From positions 8,943 to 72,942 of the forward strand of contig JAUNDE010000008.1 in the NCBI GenBank assembly GCA_030526265.1: 64,000 nt of DNA. Direction: 5' to 3'. Position numbers and translations under genes: made by a program. The DNA comes from Eubacteriales bacterium. Lineage in GTDB: Bacteria > Bacillota > Clostridia > Lachnospirales > Lachnospiraceae. Positions 38,877 to 48,610 of the stretch are shown one piece after another. Below the pieces are notes generated by a model. That model was not told the origin of the DNA, ran no database searches, and saw nothing but the letters and a program-made list of their open reading frames with translations. The stretch's first letter is position 1, and each line of letters opens with the position of its first letter.

Positions 38877-41800
38877 ATGAGTGGATTTGAGAGCCAGGGC
38901 CTTTACAGGCCAGAGTTTGAACACGATAACTGCGGTATTGGCGCGGTGGTCAATATCAAAGGAAAGAAATCTCACAAGACCGTCGAGAATGCGCTGGAGA
39001 TCGTGGAGAATCTGGAACACAGAGCAGGTAAAGACGCAGAGGGAAAGACTGGTGACGGTGTGGGAATCCTGATGCAAGTATCACATAGATTTTTCAAAAA
39101 AGTATGTAAGCCGCTTGGGATCGAGCTTGGATCAGAGCGGGATTACGGTGTTGGAATGTTCTTCTTTCCGCAGGATGAGCTGAAAAGAAATCAGGCAAAG
39201 AAGCTCTTTGAGGTGATCACTGAGAAAGAGGGGATGGAATTCCTCGGCTGGAGAAAGGTTCCAGTTCAGGCGGATGTGCTCGGGAAAAAAGCGCTCGAGT
39301 GTATGCCGTGTATTGAGCAGGCATTTATCAAGCGTCCGAAAACAATTGAAAAAGGTCTGGACTTTGACCGCAGACTGTATGTGGTACGCAAGGTGTTTGA
39401 GCAGAGCAATGACACTTATGTATGTTCTCTTTCCAGCAGAACGATCGTATATAAAGGAATGTTTCTCGTTAAACAGCTGAGACTGTTCTTCGGGGATCTT
39501 CAGGATAAAGACTATGAATCTGCAGTTGCCATTGTGCATTCGAGATTCAGCACGAACACGAACCCGAGCTGGGAACGTGCGCATCCGAACCGGTTTATCG
39601 TACATAACGGAGAGATCAACACCATTCGGGGAAATGCGGATAAGATGCGCGGAAGGGAAGAGACGATGGAATCTTCCTACCTGAAAGGAGAAATGCTGAA
39701 GGTGCTTCCTGCGATCGACACGTCCGGTTCCGATTCTGCCATGCTTGACAATACGCTGGAATTTATGGTGATGAACGGAATGGAACTTCCTCTGGCAGTG
39801 ATGATCTCAATTCCGGAGCCATGGGCAAACAACCGGAGTATGCCTCAGAATCAGAAGGACTTCTATCAGTACTATGCGACGATGATGGAACCATGGGATG
39901 GACCTGCATCCATTCTGTTCTCAGACGGAGACTGTATGGGAGCAGTGCTTGATAGAAACGGACTTCGTCCGTCCAGATATTATATTACCGATGACGATAT
40001 GCTCATATTATCTTCGGAGGTAGGAGTTCTGAAAGAGGATCCTGCCAAAATCGTTATGAAAGAAAGAATTCATCCGGGCAAAATGCTGCTCGTAGATATG
40101 GTAAAGGGCTGTGTGATCGATGATCAGGAGCTCAAAAATATGTATGCAGACCGTCAGCCATACGGTGAATGGCTGGACGGCGAGCTGATTGAGCTGAAGG
40201 ATCTGAAGATCCCGAATGAATCCATTCCATCGTATACGAATGAGGAGTGTAAGCGGCTGCAGAAGGCGTTCGGCTATTCTTATGAAGATGTGCGGACAAA
40301 TATCCTTCCTATGGCGGTAAATGGAAGTGAAAGCATTTCCTCTATGGGTATCGATGTGCCGCTTGCAGTGCTTTCGGATAAGAGACAGTCAATGTTCGGA
40401 TATTTTAAGCAGCTGTTCGCGCAGGTGACAAATCCTCCGATTGATGCGATCCGTGAAAAAATCGTGACCTCCACAGCCGTTTATCTCGGGCGGGACGGAA
40501 ACCTTCTGAAAGATCAGGCTGTGAACTGCCGTATGCTGAAGGTGAACAATCCGATCCTGACAGATACTGATCTGATCAAGATCAAACATATGAAGCAGGA
40601 AGGATATAAGGTAGAGGTGATTCCGACTACCTATTATAAGAACTCCAACCTGGAAACGATGATGGATTATCTGTTCGTGCAGGTGGATAAGGCGATCAAT
40701 GAGGGTGCGAACATCCTGATCCTTTCCGACCGTGGCGTGGATGAATTCCATGTGGCGATCCCGTCTCTTCTCGCAGTATCGGGCGTACAGCAGCATCTCG
40801 TGCGCACGAAGAAGAGAACAACAGTTGGAATTATCATTGAGACCGGTGAGCCGAAAGCAGTCCATGAATTTGCGACGCTTCTCGGATATGGCGCCTGTGC
40901 GGTCAACCCATATCTGGCATACGCAACGATCCGCCAGCTGATCGACGAGAACATGATCCAGAAGGATTATTATGCGGCAGTCGATTCGTTTGCAAATGGA
41001 ATCCTTTCCGGAATCGTCAAGATTGCTTCCAAGATGGGTATTTCGACAATACAGTCTTATCAGGGCGCAAAGATTTTCGAAGCGATCGGTCTCAGGCAGT
41101 CGTTTATCGATAAATATTTTACAAATACAGTGAGCAGAATCGGCGGTATCGGCATTCAGGAGATTGCGGCGGACTATGCGGCAATGCACACAGAGGCATT
41201 TGATCTGCTCGGATATGATACCGATATGACACTGGACAGCATCGGACAGCACAAGAGCAAGAGTCAGGGTGAGCAGCATCTTTACAACCCACAGACGATC
41301 CACATGCTGCAGCAGTCTACGAGAACCGGAAACTACGAAATGTTTAAGCAGTATACAGAACTCGTAAATGAAGAAGGTGCGGGCATCAATCTGCGCGGTC
41401 AGTTTGAATTCAATTTCCCTGAGAAGGGCGTGCCGATCGAGGAAGTGGAGCCGGTAGACGAGATCGTAAAGAGATTCAAGACAGGAGCCATGTCTTATGG
41501 TTCCATCTCCAAGGAGGCGCACGAGACGCTGGCCATTGCCATGAATTCGCTTCACGGCAAGTCAAACAGTGGCGAAGGCGGCGAGGAGATTGAAAGACTT
41601 GACACGGACAGATGCTCTGCGATCAAGCAGGTCGCTTCCGGGCGATTCGGTGTGACGAGCCGCTATCTCGTGAGTGCACAGGAGATCCAGATTAAGATGG
41701 CACAGGGCGCAAAGCCTGGTGAGGGCGGGCATCTTCCGGCAGGAAAGGTGTACCCGTGGATCGCAAAGACACGTTATTCGACACCGGGTGTGGGACTGAT

Positions 41801-43400
41801 CTCACCACCGCCGCACCATGATATTTATTCCATTGAAGATCTGGCTCAGTTGATCTATGACTGTAAAAATGCAAATAAAGATGCCCGCATTTCGGTAAAA
41901 CTGGTATCCGAGGCGGGAGTCGGAACGATCGCAGCGGGTGTTGCCAAAGCGGGAGCAGGACTGATCCTGATCTCCGGCTATGACGGAGGAACCGGTGCGG
42001 CACCGGGAAGTTCGATCCACAATGCAGGACTTCCGTGGGAGCTCGGACTCGCAGAGACACATCAGACACTTCTCCAGAACGGACTGCGTGACCGTGTCCG
42101 CATCGAGACGGACGGTAAGCTGATGAGCGGAAGAGATGTCGCGATCGCAGCGATCCTCGGAGCGGAGGAATTCGGATTTGCCACAGCGCCGCTCGTGACG
42201 ATGGGCTGTGTGATGATGAGAGTCTGCAATCTGGACACCTGTCCGGTCGGCATCGCGACACAGAATCCGGAGCTTCGGAAGCGCTTTAGCGGAAAGCCGG
42301 AGTACGTAATCAATTTCATGCGGTTTATGGCAGAAAACTTACGTGAATATATGGCGAAGCTTGGTGTCCGTTCCATTGATGAACTCGTAGGACGCACCGA
42401 CCTGCTGAAGGTGAAAGAGCATCCGAAGTCAAGATATGCGGCAGCGCTTGATCTGTCCGGAATTCTTCATCAGGGTTATGCCGGATCAAAGGAGCAGATC
42501 TATAATCCTGCAAGAAAATATGACTTTGAACTCGAAAAGACACTGGATGAGCGGGTGCTGATGAAAGAACTGAAAGCTTCTCTTGAGAAAAAACAGAAGA
42601 AGAGCATTCATGTGAAAGTATCCAATGTTGACCGTACATTCGGAACGATCTTCGGATCTGAGATCACGAAGCGCTATCCGGAAGGACTGCCGGAGGATAC
42701 GTACGTGATCCATTGTGAGGGTGCGGGCGGACAGAGCTTCGGCGCATTCATCCCGAAAGGACTGACGTTAGAGCTTACCGGTGACAGCAATGACTACTTC
42801 GGAAAAGGTCTGTCAGGCGGAAAATTAGTTGTGTTCCCGCCAAAGGAAGTGACTTACAAACACGATGAAAATATTATTATCGGAAATGTGGCACTTTACG
42901 GTGCGACCGGCGGATATGCTTACATCAACGGTGTGGCAGGAGAACGTTTCTGCGTCCGCAACTCCGGAGCGATGGCAGTTGTGGAAGGTGTCGGAGATCA
43001 CGGATGCGAATATATGACCGGAGGCCGTGTGGCGATTCTTGGCCAGGTAGGCAAGAACTTTGCGGCAGGTATGAGCGGCGGCATTGCCTACGTGCTGGAT
43101 GAGGACAATACACTGTACCGTAAGATTAATAAAGGAATGGTAAATATGGTTCATGTGACATCCAAGTACGATATCATCGAGCTGAAGAGCATGATCGAAA
43201 ACCATGTAAAACATACGAAATCTGAGATCGGTGCTCAGATCCTGGAGCATTTTGATGAGTATCTGCTGAAATTCAAGAAGGTCATCCCATTTGACTATGA
43301 GAAGATGCTGACCTATGTCCTTCAGATGGAGGAAAAGGGCTTAAGCAGTGAACAGGCCAAGATTGAGGCGTTCTATGCGATCAGAAACGGAAAGGAATAG
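38877..43400 (+). CDS. gltB: Glutamate synthase large subunit
   Basis: HDNCGIG (catalytic Cys), HSRFSTNT, HNGEINT, EPWDGP, AMSYGSIS, KQVASGRFG, QGAKPGEGG, CVMMRVCNLDTC and GXGXXG-repeat C-terminal domain. Confidence 0.98.
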   Translation: MSGFESQGLYRPEFEHDNCGIGAVVNIKGKKSHKTVENALEIVENLEHRAGKDAEGKTGDGVGILMQVSHRFFKKVCKPLGIELGSERDYGVGMFFFPQDELKRNQAKKLFEVITEKEGMEFLGWRKVPVQADVLGKKALECMPCIEQAFIKRPKTIEKGLDFDRRLYVVRKVFEQSNDTYVCSLSSRTIVYKGMFLVKQLRLFFGDLQDKDYESAVAIVHSRFSTNTNPSWERAHPNRFIVHNGEINTIRGNADKMRGREETMESSYLKGEMLKVLPAIDTSGSDSAMLDNTLEFMVMNGMELPLAVMISIPEPWANNRSMPQNQKDFYQYYATMMEPWDGPASILFSDGDCMGAVLDRNGLRPSRYYITDDDMLILSSEVGVLKEDPAKIVMKERIHPGKMLLVDMVKGCVIDDQELKNMYADRQPYGEWLDGELIELKDLKIPNESIPSYTNEECKRLQKAFGYSYEDVRTNILPMAVNGSESISSMGIDVPLAVLSDKRQSMFGYFKQLFAQVTNPPIDAIREKIVTSTAVYLGRDGNLLKDQAVNCRMLKVNNPILTDTDLIKIKHMKQEGYKVEVIPTTYYKNSNLETMMDYLFVQVDKAINEGANILILSDRGVDEFHVAIPSLLAVSGVQQHLVRTKKRTTVGIIIETGEPKAVHEFATLLGYGACAVNPYLAYATIRQLIDENMIQKDYYAAVDSFANGILSGIVKIASKMGISTIQSYQGAKIFEAIGLRQSFIDKYFTNTVSRIGGIGIQEIAADYAAMHTEAFDLLGYDTDMTLDSIGQHKSKSQGEQHLYNPQTIHMLQQSTRTGNYEMFKQYTELVNEEGAGINLRGQFEFNFPEKGVPIEEVEPVDEIVKRFKTGAMSYGSISKEAHETLAIAMNSLHGKSNSGEGGEEIERLDTDRCSAIKQVASGRFGVTSRYLVSAQEIQIKMAQGAKPGEGGHLPAGKVYPWIAKTRYSTPGVGLISPPPHHDIYSIEDLAQLIYDCKNANKDARISVKLVSEAGVGTIAAGVAKAGAGLILISGYDGGTGAAPGSSIHNAGLPWELGLAETHQTLLQNGLRDRVRIETDGKLMSGRDVAIAAILGAEEFGFATAPLVTMGCVMMRVCNLDTCPVGIATQNPELRKRFSGKPEYVINFMRFMAENLREYMAKLGVRSIDELVGRTDLLKVKEHPKSRYAAALDLSGILHQGYAGSKEQIYNPARKYDFELEKTLDERVLMKELKASLEKKQKKSIHVKVSNVDRTFGTIFGSEITKRYPEGLPEDTYVIHCEGAGGQSFGAFIPKGLTLELTGDSNDYFGKGLSGGKLVVFPPKEVTYKHDENIIIGNVALYGATGGYAYINGVAGERFCVRNSGAMAVVEGVGDHGCEYMTGGRVAILGQVGKNFAAGMSGGIAYVLDEDNTLYRKINKGMVNMVHVTSKYDIIELKSMIENHVKHTKSEIGAQILEHFDEYLLKFKKVIPFDYEKMLTYVLQMEEKGLSSEQAKIEAFYAIRNGKE

Positions 43401-43412
43401 GAGGGGTGAACG

Positions 43413-44918
43413 ATGGGAAAAGCAACAGGATTTTTAGAATATGAAAGACAGGACAAGAAAGCAGAAGCTCCAAAAGAGAGAATCAGCCATTTCAGAGAGT
43501 TTCATGATCCGCTTACAAAAGAAGAACAGAAGCGCCAGGGCGCAAGGTGCATGGACTGTGGCGTGCCGTTCTGTCAGGCGGGTGTCATGATCGCGGGAAT
43601 GGCAAGCGGATGCCCTCTGAACAACCTTGTTCCGGAGTGGAATGACCTCGTGTATCATGAGAACTGGCAGGCGGCTTACAACCGCCTGCATAAGACAAAT
43701 AATTTCCCGGAATTTACTTCAAGAGTATGTCCGGCTCTCTGTGAGAAGGCATGTACGTGTAACCTGAACGGCGATGCGGTGGCGACACGGTCCAATGAGT
43801 ATGCCATCATTGAAAATGCCTATGAGGCAGGTTATGCTGCACCGAAGCCGCCAAAGAGCCGCACCGGGAAGAAGGTGGCTGTCATCGGATCCGGCCCTTC
43901 CGGGCTCGCGGCGGCTGATCAGCTCAACAAGAGAGGCCATCTCGTAACTGTGTTTGAGCGTGATGACAAGGCAGGCGGTCTGCTTCGGTATGGTATTCCG
44001 AACATGAAGCTTGAAAAGCATATCATTGACCGGAAGATCGATGTGATGGAGAAAGAAGGCGTGACCTTCGTCTATAACTGTAATGTCGGCAAAGATAAGA
44101 AGGCGGCAGAGCTTCTGAAGGAATTTGATCGTGTGATCCTCGCCTGCGGGGCAAAGAATCCAAGGGATATCAAAGTTCCGGGAAGAGATGCGAAGGGGAT
44201 CTACTATGCGGTGGATTTTCTGGTCTCCACGACGAAGGCGCTCTGGGCAGATCCGGAGAAGGGAAAGACAGCGAAGGTATCGGATCTGAAGGCAGGAAGC
44301 TTTATCTCTGCAAAAGGCAAGCGTGTCATGATCATCGGCGGTGGTGACACCGGAAATGACTGCTGCGGAACTGCAATGCGCCACGGCGCGAAGTCTGTAC
44401 TGCAGCTTGAGATGATGCCGAAGGCGCCGGAGGAACGCCTTCCGTCCAATCCGTGGCCGGAATGGCCAAGGGTCTCAAAGACGGATTACGGACAGGAAGA
44501 GGTGGCAGCAGTATTTGGCAAGGATCCACGCGTGTATCAGACGACCGTAAAGGAATTTATCAAGGATAAGAACGGAAATGTGTGTAAGGCGGTCCTTGTC
44601 AAACTGGAAAGCAAAAAGGACGAAAAGACCGGTCGCATGATGATGGCTGAAGTTGCCGGAAGCGAGTATGAGGTGGCAGTAGACCTCGTGCTGATCGCAG
44701 CAGGATTTCTTGGCTGTGAAGAGTACGTAACGAAAGCATTTGGCGTGGAGCGGAATGCCCGTACGAATGTCCAGACAGAGGCAGGCGGGTATGCGACAAA
44801 TGTGAAACACGTTTACACCGCAGGGGATATGCATCGGGGGCAGTCCCTTGTCGTGTGGGCGATCCGTGAAGGAAGAGATGCAGCCAGAGCAGTGGATTAC
44901 AGCCTTCTTGGATATTAG
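43413..44918 (+). CDS. gltD: Glutamate synthase small subunit
   Basis: RCMDCGVPFC...CP, SRVCPALCEKAC, IGSGPSGLAAA, YGIP, IIGGGDTGNDC and AGDMHRGQSLVVWAI. Confidence 0.97.
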   Translation: MGKATGFLEYERQDKKAEAPKERISHFREFHDPLTKEEQKRQGARCMDCGVPFCQAGVMIAGMASGCPLNNLVPEWNDLVYHENWQAAYNRLHKTNNFPEFTSRVCPALCEKACTCNLNGDAVATRSNEYAIIENAYEAGYAAPKPPKSRTGKKVAVIGSGPSGLAAADQLNKRGHLVTVFERDDKAGGLLRYGIPNMKLEKHIIDRKIDVMEKEGVTFVYNCNVGKDKKAAELLKEFDRVILACGAKNPRDIKVPGRDAKGIYYAVDFLVSTTKALWADPEKGKTAKVSDLKAGSFISAKGKRVMIIGGGDTGNDCCGTAMRHGAKSVLQLEMMPKAPEERLPSNPWPEWPRVSKTDYGQEEVAAVFGKDPRVYQTTVKEFIKDKNGNVCKAVLVKLESKKDEKTGRMMMAEVAGSEYEVAVDLVLIAAGFLGCEEYVTKAFGVERNARTNVQTEAGGYATNVKHVYTAGDMHRGQSLVVWAIREGRDAARAVDYSLLGY

Positions 44919-45012
44919 ACAGAAGAAATGGATGGTAGTGTAGTGAAAATTCATAAAGATTCGGGGAAAAAGATGTTATTTTCTCTACATGTACCAAAAA
45001 TGTATGTTTTTA

Positions 45013-45041
45013 TTGACAATAAAATAACGGGATGATATCAT
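45013..45041 (+). promoter_or_regulatory. Sigma-A promoter of amt
   Basis: TTGACA-17 bp-TATCAT with an extended TG. Confidence 0.75.
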
Positions 45042-45051
45042 TCAGACATCG

Positions 45052-45090
45052 AACAAAGGCGTTATAGATTGATTTCTATAGCGCCTTTTT
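45052..45090 (+). promoter_or_regulatory. Leader attenuator: ANTAR-like hairpin overlapping a terminator upstream of amt
   Basis: AAC-AAAGGC-GTT overlaps the stem GGCGTTATAGA/TCTATAGCGCC, which is followed by TTTTT. Confidence 0.65.
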
Positions 45091-45175
45091 CGTTTATATA
45101 ATATCCGGCATTGTGACGAAAGTCGGGATGCACGGAGAAAACGATAATAAGGTAGAGTAAAGAGGAGGTCGTCTT

Positions 45176-46921
45176 ATGACAGAAGAAATTATGAGCGCAG
45201 TCAGCGGACAGGTATTTGGCGTATGGTTCCTCATCGGAGCAGCACTGGTATTCTGGATGCAGGCAGGATTCGCTATGGTAGAGGCAGGTTTTACGAGAGC
45301 GAAGAATACAGGTAACATCATTATGAAAAACCTGATGGACTTCTGTATCGGAACCTGTACATTTATCCTGATCGGTTTCAGTTTACTGTTAGGTGAAGAT
45401 ATGCTTGGTCTGATCGGAAGACCTGGATTTGATATTTTTACAGCATATGCAGGATTTGACTGGTCAAACTTCGTATTTAACCTTGTGTTCTGCGCAACAA
45501 CAGCAACGATCGTTTCCGGAGCAATGGCAGAGAGAACCAAGTTCTTATCTTACTGTATTTATTCCGGAGTGATCTCAGCACTGATCTATCCGATCGAGGC
45601 ACACTGGATCTGGGGCGGTGGCTGGCTTTCCCAGATGGGATTCCACGATTTCGCAGGTTCCTGTGCGATCCATATGGTAGGTGGTATCGCAGCTCTTGTC
45701 GGAGCTAAGATGCTCGGTCCTAGAATCGGTAAATTTACAAAAGACAAAGATGGAAATATCACGAAGGTAAATGCTTTCCCTGGCCACAATCTGGCACTCG
45801 GAGCTCTTGGTGTATTTATCCTCTGGCTTGGCTGGTACGGATTTAACGGAGCTGCAGCAACTTCTGTAGAGCAGCTTGGATCAATCTTCCTTACAACAAC
45901 AGTTGCACCGGCAGTAGCAACCGTTGTATGCATGATCTTTACATGGATCAAATATGGTAAGCCGGATGTGTCTATGTCACTGAACGCTTCCCTTGCGGGA
46001 CTTGTAGCGATCACAGCACCTTGTGATGTGACAGATGCTTTCGGAGCAATCGTGATCGGAGCCGTTGCCGGTGTACTCGTTGTATTCGGTGTGTGGCTTC
46101 TTGATTATAAATTGAGAATCGATGACCCGGTAGGTGCCGTGGCAGTTCACTGCATGAACGGTATCTGGGGAACAATCGCAACAGGACTCTTCGCAACAAC
46201 AAGTGCTCCTGGAAATGATACACTCGTTGGTCTCTTCTACGGCGGAGGATTCGGACTGCTTGGAATTCAGCTCGTTGGTGTACTCGCAGTTGCAGCATGG
46301 ACGGTTGTCACAATTACAATCGTATTTGCAGTCATCAAGGCAACGGTCGGACTTCGTGTCTCAGAGGAAGAAGAGATCGAAGGTCTGGATTCTACAGAGC
46401 ATGGTCTTACATCTGCATACGCAGGCTTCAGTCTGATGGATGTATCCGGATCTATGATCATGGAAGCAAACGAGAATACACAGCTTGGTGAAGATGAGTA
46501 TGAAGCTGCTTCAGAAGTACAGAAGAATGCCGCAGTCAGGGTTGTGAAGACACCTGCTGTCGATACGGGCATGTACAAGGTCGTTATCATTGCGAAACTG
46601 TCTCGCTACGATAAATTGCGTAAAGCAATGAACGATGTTGGTGTAACCGGAATGACTGTAACACAGGTGATGGGCTGTGGCATCCAGAAGGGAAGCGGTG
46701 AGAAATACCGTGGAGCAGAAGTCGATGCAACACTCCTTCCAAAGGTTAAGGTTGAAGTGGTAATCGGAAATCTTCCTGTTGACAGCGTAGTGGAAGCTGC
46801 TAGAAAAGCTCTTTACACAGGCCATATCGGAGATGGCAAGATCTTCGTATACAGTGTGGATAAGATCGTCAAGATCAGAACAGGTGAAGAAGATTTTGAA
46901 GCATTGAAAGATGTAGAATAA
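45176..46921 (+). CDS. amt: Ammonium transporter fused to a C-terminal PII (GlnK-like) domain
   Basis: MQAGFAMVEAG, SGAMAER, HDFAGS..IH (twin His 1), WYGFNG and DDPV..VAVH (twin His 2); C-terminal GVTGMTV...GCGIQKG...YRG...GHIGDGKIF PII motifs. Confidence 0.95.
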   Translation: MTEEIMSAVSGQVFGVWFLIGAALVFWMQAGFAMVEAGFTRAKNTGNIIMKNLMDFCIGTCTFILIGFSLLLGEDMLGLIGRPGFDIFTAYAGFDWSNFVFNLVFCATTATIVSGAMAERTKFLSYCIYSGVISALIYPIEAHWIWGGGWLSQMGFHDFAGSCAIHMVGGIAALVGAKMLGPRIGKFTKDKDGNITKVNAFPGHNLALGALGVFILWLGWYGFNGAAATSVEQLGSIFLTTTVAPAVATVVCMIFTWIKYGKPDVSMSLNASLAGLVAITAPCDVTDAFGAIVIGAVAGVLVVFGVWLLDYKLRIDDPVGAVAVHCMNGIWGTIATGLFATTSAPGNDTLVGLFYGGGFGLLGIQLVGVLAVAAWTVVTITIVFAVIKATVGLRVSEEEEIEGLDSTEHGLTSAYAGFSLMDVSGSMIMEANENTQLGEDEYEAASEVQKNAAVRVVKTPAVDTGMYKVVIIAKLSRYDKLRKAMNDVGVTGMTVTQVMGCGIQKGSGEKYRGAEVDATLLPKVKVEVVIGNLPVDSVVEAARKALYTGHIGDGKIFVYSVDKIVKIRTGEEDFEALKDVE

Positions 46922-46949
46922 TTCCTTCATATTGAATAATAGAATAGAA

Positions 46950-46993
46950 ACAGATTCAGGGGCATCCGCAGTTGTGGGTGCCCCTGAATCTGT
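46950..46993. repeat. 20-bp palindrome after amt (terminator or REP-like)
   Basis: ACAGATTCAGGGGCATCCGC-AGTT-GTGGGTGCCCCTGAATCTGT; no clear U tract. Confidence 0.65.
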
Positions 46994-47130
46994 GTACAGG
47001 ATGAAAGTAAGCAATTAAATAAATAATAAGATATGTTATAATAATTGAGAGCCCAGGCCTCTGCCGCAAATGTGGCAGAGGCTGTGTTTTCGAAAATAGT
47101 GTTTGATCTGAACGGAAAGGAGAAAAGGGA

Positions 47131-48291
47131 ATGGAAGAACTGATTTTTGTGGATCGAAAAAATACAAATAGTGTGAAATGGGATGGACAGACAGGAATGT
47201 TTGGGACAGAAGGACTGCATGCAATGTGGGTTGCCGACATGGATATCAAAAGTCCTGCCTGTGTTCGTAAGGCACTGGCTGATTATGTGGAATTTGGGGC
47301 AATTGGATATTACAAAATCCCGGACATCTATTATGAAGCGTTCTTAAACTGGGAGAAATCACATCATGGATTTGAGGGGAAGAAGGAATGGATGCGTTTT
47401 TCTCCGGGTGTAGTGGCCGCATTTAACTGGCTGGTACAGATGATGAGTGAGCCTGGGGATGCTGTCATTGTTAATACACCGGTTTATTATCCGTTTCTCC
47501 ATGCAGTTACAAATAATGGAAGAAAGCTTGTTACGTCAGAGTTAATAAACGAAAATGGAATCTATCGTATCGATTTTGAGGATTTTGAAAATCAGATCGT
47601 AAATCATCAGGTGAAAGTATTTATCCTCTGCTCTCCGCACAATCCGGTCGGACGTGTATGGTCGAAGGACGAGCTTAAGCGGATTCTTGAAATCTGCAGA
47701 CGCCATGGTGTGTTCGTAATATCAGATGAGATTCATCAGGATCTGACATTTTACGGGCATGAACATACGCCGTCTTTCCTGGCGACGGATGACTGGAGTA
47801 ATATTGTCACATTGACTGCTGCGTCAAAGACGTTCAACCTTGCGGGCGGACAGCATGCAATCGTATTGATTCCGGATGAAGCATTAAGAAAGAAATGGGA
47901 TAGTTTCACACTGAAAATACGCATGATGAATGGAAATGCATTCGGATATATTGCAACTGAGGCGGCATATTCCGGGGGAGAAGAATGGTATCAGAATGTC
48001 ATAAAACAAATTCAGGAAAACGATACATACCTGAGAGAGACTTTGAAGAAAGCTTTGCCGGATCTTGTGATCTCGCCGCTAGAAGGAACATATCTCGTCT
48101 GGATCGATCTTCGGGCATATATGGATGCTAAGAAAGTGAAGCCATTTATTATGAATAAGTGTAAACTTGCGGTGGATTTCGGAGACTGGTTTGGAGGAAA
48201 GAAATTCGAGGGCTTTATTCGAATGAATCTGGCCACATCAAAGAAGAATGTGAAGATCGGTGTAGAGAGGATGATTGAAGCTCTGAAATAA
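47131..48291 (+). CDS. MalY/PatB family PLP-dependent C-S lyase (cystathionine beta-lyase-like)
   Basis: NSVKWD, MWVADMD, TPVYYPF, LCSPHNPVGRVW, SDEIHQD, ASKTFNLAG and EGTYLVWID. Confidence 0.93.
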   Translation: MEELIFVDRKNTNSVKWDGQTGMFGTEGLHAMWVADMDIKSPACVRKALADYVEFGAIGYYKIPDIYYEAFLNWEKSHHGFEGKKEWMRFSPGVVAAFNWLVQMMSEPGDAVIVNTPVYYPFLHAVTNNGRKLVTSELINENGIYRIDFEDFENQIVNHQVKVFILCSPHNPVGRVWSKDELKRILEICRRHGVFVISDEIHQDLTFYGHEHTPSFLATDDWSNIVTLTAASKTFNLAGGQHAIVLIPDEALRKKWDSFTLKIRMMNGNAFGYIATEAAYSGGEEWYQNVIKQIQENDTYLRETLKKALPDLVISPLEGTYLVWIDLRAYMDAKKVKPFIMNKCKLAVDFGDWFGGKKFEGFIRMNLATSKKNVKIGVERMIEALK

Positions 48292-48424
48292 TGTTTATAG
48301 ATTTACATAAAGCAATTGAACATGCATTTTTTGTTTGATATGATTTGAGAGTATAATCGAATAGAAACGGATGCGAGATTCTGATTATGTTGCCCTCGTG
48401 TTATACGAAGGGAGGGTGATGCCT

Positions 48425-48505
48425 ATGAATACAATGGAAGTCTTGACTTTATTGTTAGTAATATTTACAGCATTAACCTACATAGATCAGCATAAAAAGA
48501 AATAA
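48425..48505 (+). CDS. Small hydrophobic peptide, putative type I (holin-like) toxin, 26 aa
   Basis: MNTMEVLTLLLVIFTALTYIDQHKKK: one TM helix plus a basic tail; RBS GGAGG at 48411-48415. Too short for the ORF track. Confidence 0.75.
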   Translation: MNTMEVLTLLLVIFTALTYIDQHKKK

Positions 48506-48592
48506 GCATCCCACACGCCAAAGTGAAAATGCTTAAATTCTTTCGATTTACATTTTTACGAGGGCAATCGGATGTTGTGTCCGATTACTTTC
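48495..48592 (-). ncRNA. Putative type I antitoxin antisense RNA
   Basis: Minus-strand promoter TTGATT (48628-48623)-17 bp-TATAAT (48605-48600); hairpins AATCGGA/TCCGATT and AAGCAT/ATGCTT followed by a T run on the minus strand; ends approximate. Confidence 0.6.
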
Positions 48593-48610
48593 TAATTAGA
48601 TTATACATTC

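Noticed and set aside
45100-45175. glnA-type glutamine riboswitch in the amt leader
   Set aside because: A GAAA-capped hairpin is present at about 45107-45130, but I could not build the three-way junction and E-loop of the glnA motif.
21781-46921. Genomic island integrated at tRNA-Asn
   Set aside because: No integrase, recombinase or transposase, and no duplicate of the tRNA 3' end was found in the window; proximity alone is not enough.
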